A DNA stretch of 64,000 bases from Candidatus Omnitrophota bacterium (GTDB taxonomy: Bacteria > Omnitrophota > Gorgyraeia > Zapsychrales > Zapsychraceae), in assembly GCA_021108075.1 (NCBI GenBank), contig JAIORP010000100.1, forward strand, positions 7,783 to 71,782. The letters are read 5' to 3'. Below are positions 62,001 to 64,000 of the stretch, piece after piece (within the stretch, counting starts at the first letter, position 1; each line of letters starts with the position of its first letter). The notes below the pieces were generated by a model. It was not told where the DNA came from and searched no databases. It saw only the letters and a list, made by a program, of their open reading frames with translations. The translations under genes and the position numbers were made by a program.

Positions 62001-64000
62001 AGACATTGAAGCCATGAGCGACGCGGGTATCAACTGGCAAGACATTGGCGCGATGAGTGGTGCCGGTGTGAATTGGGAGGATATTGAAGCCTTGAGTGAG
62101 GCTGATATCAATTGGCAAGATATCGACATCATGAGCTCGACCGGAATTAATTGGACGAATATCGATGTGTTGTCCAGGGCAGGTATCAATTGGTCTGATA
62201 TTGATGTGCTGAGTGATTCTGGAATCAACTGGTCTGATATCGGGGTGCTTTCCGTAGCCGGCATTAATTGGAGCGATATTGACGTGCTGACTGACACGGG
62301 TATTAATTGGGAAGACGTGAAGGCGATGAGTGCCGCGGGGATTAATTGGGATGATCTTAATGTGATGAGTGATGCCTCGATCAATTGGACCAATATTGAT
62401 GAATTATCTTCAGTCGGTATTAATTGGGAAGATATGAATGTGATGAGTGACCAGGGAATCAATTGGTCAAATATCGGGGAGATGTCTTCAGCCGGTATTA
62501 ATTGGGATGACATCAACATGATGACCGAGGCTGGAGTGAATTGGGCGGATATCGGTGTTCTGAGTGGTGCCAGTATTAATTGGCAGGATATTGAACAATT
62601 AAGTGAAGCCGGGGTGAATTGGGCGGATATCAGTGTGTTTTCACAATCCGGAATCAATTGGAGTGACATTGATGTGATGAGTGACTCCGGTATTAATTGG
62701 GAGGATATTGAGGTCCTCAGTGATGCCGGAATCAATTGGGTAGATTTTGACGCATTGACTTCTATTGGTATTAATTGGACCAATATTGATGAATTATCCA
62801 AAGCCGGAATCAATTGGGACGACATTGATGTGATGAGTGATATGGGGATCAACTGGACGAATATGGGTGACTTAACCACTTCGGGTATTAATTGGAGTGA
62901 TGTGAACGTGATGAGCGACGCGGGCATCAATTGGACGAATATCGGCGAAATGTCGTCTGCAAATATCAATTGGAACGACATTGATATGATGAGCGATACA
63001 GGCATCAATTGGGAAGATATCAATGTGATGAGCGACGCAGGCGTGAACTGGTCAAACATTGGTGCGTTATCAGCGTCGGGTATCAATTGGGATGACATTG
63101 ACATCATGAGCGACGCGGGTGTGAACTGGTCCAATATTGGTGAATTGTCGTCGTCCGGCATCAATTGGGACGACATTGATGTCATGAGTGAGTCCGGCAT
63201 TAACTGGGCGAATATCGGCGCTTTATCTGCTTCTGGAATCAACTGGACAGATATCAACGTGATGAGTGACGCGGGCGTCAATTGGGCGGATATTGGGGAA
63301 TTGAGCAGTGTCGGTATTAACTGGGATGATATCCATGTCTTAAGTGATACCGGTATTAACTGGGAAGATGTTAAAGCGATGAGTCAATCCAGCATCAACT
63401 GGGATAACATCGACATGATGAGTGACGCGGGTATTAATTGGACGGATATGAACCGGCTCTCTACCGCGGGTGTTAACTGGGAAGATATTAATGCGATGAG
63501 TGACGCGGGCATCAACTGGGAAGACATTGAAGTGATGAGCGGTGCGGGCGTCAACTGGGAGGATATCGAAGTGATGAGCGACGCGGGCATCAATTGGGAA
63601 GATATCGAAGCGTTATCAGAGGCGGGCGTCAACTGGGACGATATTGAAGTGCTGTCAGAAACAGGTGTTAATTGGTCGAATATTGGGGAATTGTCCTCTT
63701 CAGGGATTAATTGGTCTAACATTGAAGTGATGAGCGGTGCGGGTATTAATTGGTCTGATATTGGGGAGCTATCTTCTGCGGGAGTTAACTGGCAGGATAT
63801 CGATGTCATGAGTGACGCGGGCATTAATTGGTCTGATATCATGACATTATCTTCGGCCGGTATTAATTGGCAAGATATTGATGTGATGAGTGATACGGGT
63901 GTGAATTGGACGGATATCGGCGAGCTATCTGCATCTGGTATCAATTGGGAAGATATCGACGTGATGAGTGACGCGGGGATCAACTGGGAAGACATTGAAG
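50014..64000 (+). CDS. Giant secreted acidic tandem-repeat protein, 5' portion (>=4,662 codons in window, continues beyond 64000)
   Basis: ATG 50014 is preceded by an in-frame TGA. Signal peptide MRKDKKSKLQYIIHSSLRSVMIFIFLFAQLPAPVFA. The ~300-aa non-repetitive N-terminal region has Ig/Big-like beta character. From ~50960 on, the same frame reads uninterrupted 13-aa units (consensus SEAGINWEDIEVL) to the window end. Frame phase checked at 51172, 57001, 60511 and 63982, all congruent with 50014. Confidence 0.8.
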   Translation, partial: MRKDKKSKLQYIIHSSLRSVMIFIFLFAQLPAPVFAQYTGGSYGGDEESSLGNDIYTGGSQDDTFIGHSSQGEALSHGQAAYLVFSQMPSESSHHNSFERQPIVEIRDSNNNFVATDNTTQVTIELLSNPGNSQLIGTKTISVQGGQALYTDLQIPKPAEMYTLIATSPGLTSAISDAFNVQPGSSPRIIASWDDSANSGSGGYTLFIWLEDNSATGRVDLDNNGGNADDRCQVTIYDPDGTTQDSTFDSGGGSPTLTLDTNVEWFYSASGAWQPDLQDDSYVANVVITEDPDVANTVYSAYASLDVIKPTLEDLGDVNWDELAQIRSKTQTINWDDITAVKAQTDTINWDDIDVLVTNVADIKDVTNQLDPVDWANIQSMADAGINWDDLKILTEAGINWEDLDSLSNMNINWDDIDVLSKTGINWNDIQVLSDEGINWADIDVLTDAGINWSDIQVLSDLGVNWTDFDALTKAGLNWTDFDVMTKAGINWLDMAVMTGASVDWEEYINWSDLAVLSKANVNWDDLTALSNANVNWDDWQVLSESGINWDDLASMATASINWSDLDVMSDAGINWSDIDVLSEAGVNWLDIGVFSQAGINWADIDVLSDAGINWEDIEAMTEAGINWADIDVLSEAGINWEDIEALTAAGINWEDFESLTEAGINWEDVEVLSESGVNWLDIGELSDAGINWLDIDVMSDAGINWSDIETMSNEGVNWQDINILSDAGVNWEDIDALSEAGVNWEDIEAMSEANVNWADIAVLSSKGINWTDVDVLSDSGINWEDIRILSEAGINWEDIEVLSEAGINWSDIDVLSGTGINWSDIDVMARVGINWQDVDVLSDAGINWIDVNRLSRAGVNWEDIDLMSEAGVNWEDLEALSVAGINWQDINVLSDAGVNWEDIEVMSEAGINWEDIEVFSEAGINWQDMDVLSDSGINWQDIGVMAAAGVNWADIDVLSEAGVNWEDLEALTEAGINWSDIDVLTDAGINWEDLEVLTEAGVNWEDLELLTEAGVNWQDIGILSAAGINWEDVEAMSEAGVNWSDIDVLSDTGINWEDIEAMTESGVNWSDLDVMSEAGINWEDIEAMTEAGINWQDIDVLSDAGINWEDIELLSEAGVNWEDLEALTEAGINWSDIDVLSGAGINWEDVEALSEAGVNWQDIGMLSDAGINWEDLEVLSEAGVNWQDIGMLSDAGINWEDVDVLSGAGINWEDIEALSEAGVNWQDIGMLSDAGINWSDIDVLSGAGINWEDLEALTESGINWEDLDVMSGAGINWEDIGVLTESGVNWLDVDMMSDAGINWEDIEVLTEAGINWTDIDVMSDAGVNWTDVNRLTRAGVNWEDLGAMSSTGINWTDINMLSEAGINWQDIEVMTEAGINWLDIDVLSEAGINWEDIEVLSEAGINWEDIDVLSDAGINWQDIDILSEAGINWEDIEALTEAGINWQDVGVMSDVGVNWQDLRTLSTVGVNWEDIEVMTEAGINWQDIDVLTEAGINWEDIELMSDAGINWQDIGMFSDAGINWEDVEVLTRSGINWEDIEVLSETGINWADMGVLSGSGINWEDIEMMSEAGINWLDIDILTDAGINWEDLEVMTEAGVNWQDIDALSEAGINWEDIELMSEAGINWEDIEMMSEAGINWEDLEILTEAGINWIDIDTMSASGINWEDVGTLTEAGINWQDIGVLSDTGINWEDIHVMSKAGVNWEDIEMMSEAGINWVDIDVMSETGINWQDINALSVAGINWQDVDLLSDAGINWEDIESMSDAGVNWQDIGVLSDVGVNWEDIGVLSDAGVNWEDIEAMTEAGINWQDINALTVAGINWQDIDVLSDSGVNWEDIEAMSEAGINWTDIDALSETGINWEDIEMMSEAGVNWEDIEILSESGINWTDMNVLSLSGINWEDIEVMSDSGVNWEDIEMMSEAGVNWNDIGMLTLSGVNWQDVEVMTEAGINWLDIDMMSGAGINWEDVEALTEAGVNWSDINILSDAGINWEDIEVLTKAGVNWEDFEALSESGINWQDIEVLTEAGINWQDLDVMSGSGINWEDIEVLSEAGINWEDIEMMSEAGVNWFDIDALSDAGINWEDIEVLTKAGINWEDVEVISETGINWEDIEAMTEAGINWQDIDILSEAGVNWENIEAMTEAGINWIDIDVMSDTGINWEDIEMMSEAGVNWSDIDALSDAGINWEDIEVLSEAGINWEDVEALSEAGVNWEDIEVLSEAGINWEDIEVMSEAGVNWEDIEVLSEAGINWEDIEAMSEAGINWLDIDALSETGVNWEDIEVMTKAGVNWTDIDILSEAGINWEDVEAMSEAGINWEDIDILSEAGINWEDVEVLTESGINWQDINMLSGAGINWADIDVLSAAGINWEDIEVMTESGINWLDIEALSATGINWQDIDVLSEAGVNWEDIEIMTRAGVNWQDIDMLSDAGINWEDIEVMSEAGINWLDIDVLSEAGINWEDIEVMSEASINWADIDVLSAAGINWEDIETMSDAGINWEDIETMSEAGINWQDMDALSSAGINWQDMDVLSSAGINWLDIELMSEAGINWQDIDLLSEAGINWENIEAMTEAGINWQDIDMLSEAGINWEDVEVMSAAGINWEDVESLSEAGINWEDVEVMSEAGVNWEDIGVLSEAGVNWEDIEALSEAGINWQDIEVMSEAGINWKDIDVLSEAGINWEDIEVMTEAGINWEDIDVLSATGINWEDIKALSEAGVNWEDIDALSEAGINWEDIDVLSEAGINWEDIDVLSEAGINWEDIDVLSEAGINWEDIGVLSAAGINWEDIEVMSESGVNWADLNTMSMVGVNWSDLNYMSGVGVNWDNLTQLTNSGINWDDIGAMSDAGINWIDINEMSEAGINWTDIDVISDTGINWEDIEVLSEAGVNWEDIGVLSAAGINWEDIEVMSESGVNWADLNTMSMVGVNWSDLNYMSGVGVNWDNLTQLTNSGINWDDIGAMSDAGINWTNINDLSTAGINWNDIDVMSDTGINWTDFGQLSTSGVNWSDIGVMSDAGINWEDIDVMSSAGINWEDIETLSEAGVNWSDIDILSSAGINWEDIEVMTEAGINWYDVDALSGAGINWEDIEVMTEAGINWEDIEFLSESGINWQDIDVLSETGINWSDIQALTTSGINWKDIDVMSSAGINWQDIDVLSESNINWSNIYEMSSNGINWSDIGVMSTININWSDLQALSTASINWQDIDVLSSVGINWEDIEAMAGAGINWQDIDVLSDSGINWQDIDVMSEAGVNWADIDVLSGAGINWEDMEALTRSGVNWQDIQVLSEAGINWEDIEAMTESGINWQDIDVMSSSAINWNNIYDMTIAGVNWDDIGALSSAGINWTDIDVLSDSGVNWSNIYELSSSGVNWTDIGVMSSSGINWNDIDMLSEAGINWEDIEAMTEAGINWQDINAFSDAGINWEALEVMTEAGINWEDIEVLSEAGINWEDIESMTESGINWEDIEVLSEAGVNWSDLNTMSMVGVNWSDLNYMSGVGVNWENLTELTNSGVNWNDIGVMSDAGINWTNMNELSTSGINWEEIDVLSDAGVNWTDIEVLSKAGVNWSDVNVLSSAGVNWEDFEVMTGTGVNWEDFEVMTKAGVNWSDVDILSDAGVNWEDIEVMTESGINWQDMNILSESGINWEDIEVMTDAGVNWSDIGVLSLIGINWQDIDVLSEAGINWQDINVMSAAGINWQDINVMSDTGINWEDIEAMTKAGVNWQDIDVFSSAGINWEDIEAMSGAGINWEDIEVLSESGINWEDIEVMTEAGVNWQDINALSLAGINWEDIGVLSDAGINWSDIDVMSSSGINWSNINDLTQSGINWSDIDVMSDTGINWTNIGELSSAGINWDDIDIMSDAGVNWTDINRLSKAGINWEDINILSDAGINWEDIEVMSETGINWEDIEVMSESGINWEDIEVMSEAGVNWEDIELLSETGINWLNIGELSSSGVNWEDIDVMSGSGINWADIGALSSAGINWEDINVFSDTGINWEDIEAMSDAGINWQDIGAMSGAGVNWEDIEALSEADINWQDIDIMSSTGINWTNIDVLSRAGINWSDIDVLSDSGINWSDIGVLSVAGINWSDIDVLTDTGINWEDVKAMSAAGINWDDLNVMSDASINWTNIDELSSVGINWEDMNVMSDQGINWSNIGEMSSAGINWDDINMMTEAGVNWADIGVLSGASINWQDIEQLSEAGVNWADISVFSQSGINWSDIDVMSDSGINWEDIEVLSDAGINWVDFDALTSIGINWTNIDELSKAGINWDDIDVMSDMGINWTNMGDLTTSGINWSDVNVMSDAGINWTNIGEMSSANINWNDIDMMSDTGINWEDINVMSDAGVNWSNIGALSASGINWDDIDIMSDAGVNWSNIGELSSSGINWDDIDVMSESGINWANIGALSASGINWTDINVMSDAGVNWADIGELSSVGINWDDIHVLSDTGINWEDVKAMSQSSINWDNIDMMSDAGINWTDMNRLSTAGVNWEDINAMSDAGINWEDIEVMSGAGVNWEDIEVMSDAGINWEDIEALSEAGVNWDDIEVLSETGVNWSNIGELSSSGINWSNIEVMSGAGINWSDIGELSSAGVNWQDIDVMSDAGINWSDIMTLSSAGINWQDIDVMSDTGVNWTDIGELSASGINWEDIDVMSDAGINWEDIE
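50960..64000 (+). repeat. Tandem array of ~330 x 39-nt units (coding, period 13 aa), including perfect triple unit and a 351-nt higher-order repeat
   Basis: Example unit GCGGGCATCAACTGGGAAGACATTGACGTGCTGAGTGAA, present 3x identical at ~58200-58316. 58330-58566 is near-identical to 58681-58917 (offset 351 = 9 x 39). Confidence 0.9.

Noticed and set aside
50960-64000. CRISPR array interpretation of the 39-nt periodic repeats
   Set aside because: There are no unique spacers. The units are contiguous and divergent copies of a single motif that maintain one reading frame with an invariant Trp codon. It is a coding tandem repeat.

Overview
This 64-kb window of a moderately AT-rich (about 40% GC by eye) bacterial chromosome carries roughly 50 credible genes, all on the + strand. 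In order, 5' to 3', it contains: a Cys-rich lipoprotein; a Spy/CpxP-like LTXXQ periplasmic protein; two membrane-anchored hypothetical proteins; a GT-C (ArnT/PMT-like) glycosyltransferase; 6-phosphofructokinase; an HI0933-family flavoprotein; glycogen phosphorylase; and a CBS-domain protein. Next comes a complete chemotaxis locus (cheW, cheV, an atypical MCP, cheR, cheB, a decayed cheY, cheA, cheD, cheC/X, cheY and a hybrid REC-histidine kinase) with two PilZ genes embedded in it. This is followed by purU, an ArsB/NhaD-type permease, a macro-domain protein, xseA-xseB and tRNA-Arg(TCG). Downstream are the glycine-cleavage operon gcvT-gcvH-gcvPA-gcvPB plus a lipoate-protein ligase, an S41 protease, an envelope glycosylation module (GT2, DUF2304-like, SAM-MTase, GT2), and an MSHA/T2SS-like secretin module (ExeA/MshM-type ATPase, small membrane protein, secretin, TPR protein). 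The last genes are two paralogous secreted FGE/SUMF1-domain proteins and a giant gene that starts at 50014 and runs off the window end (at least 4,662 codons). About 13 kb of that gene is some 330 tandem copies of a 39-nt / 13-aa acidic, Trp-containing unit, consensus S-E-A-G-I-N-W-E-D-I-E-V-L. The supplied ORF track lists only antisense ORFs over this array; I argue the + strand is coding and that this secreted mega-repeat protein, with its FGE-domain and secretin neighbours, is the most novel content here. Four copies of a ~104-bp MITE-like element with ~20-bp terminal inverted repeats sit in intergenic gaps, one directly abutting a decayed cheY.
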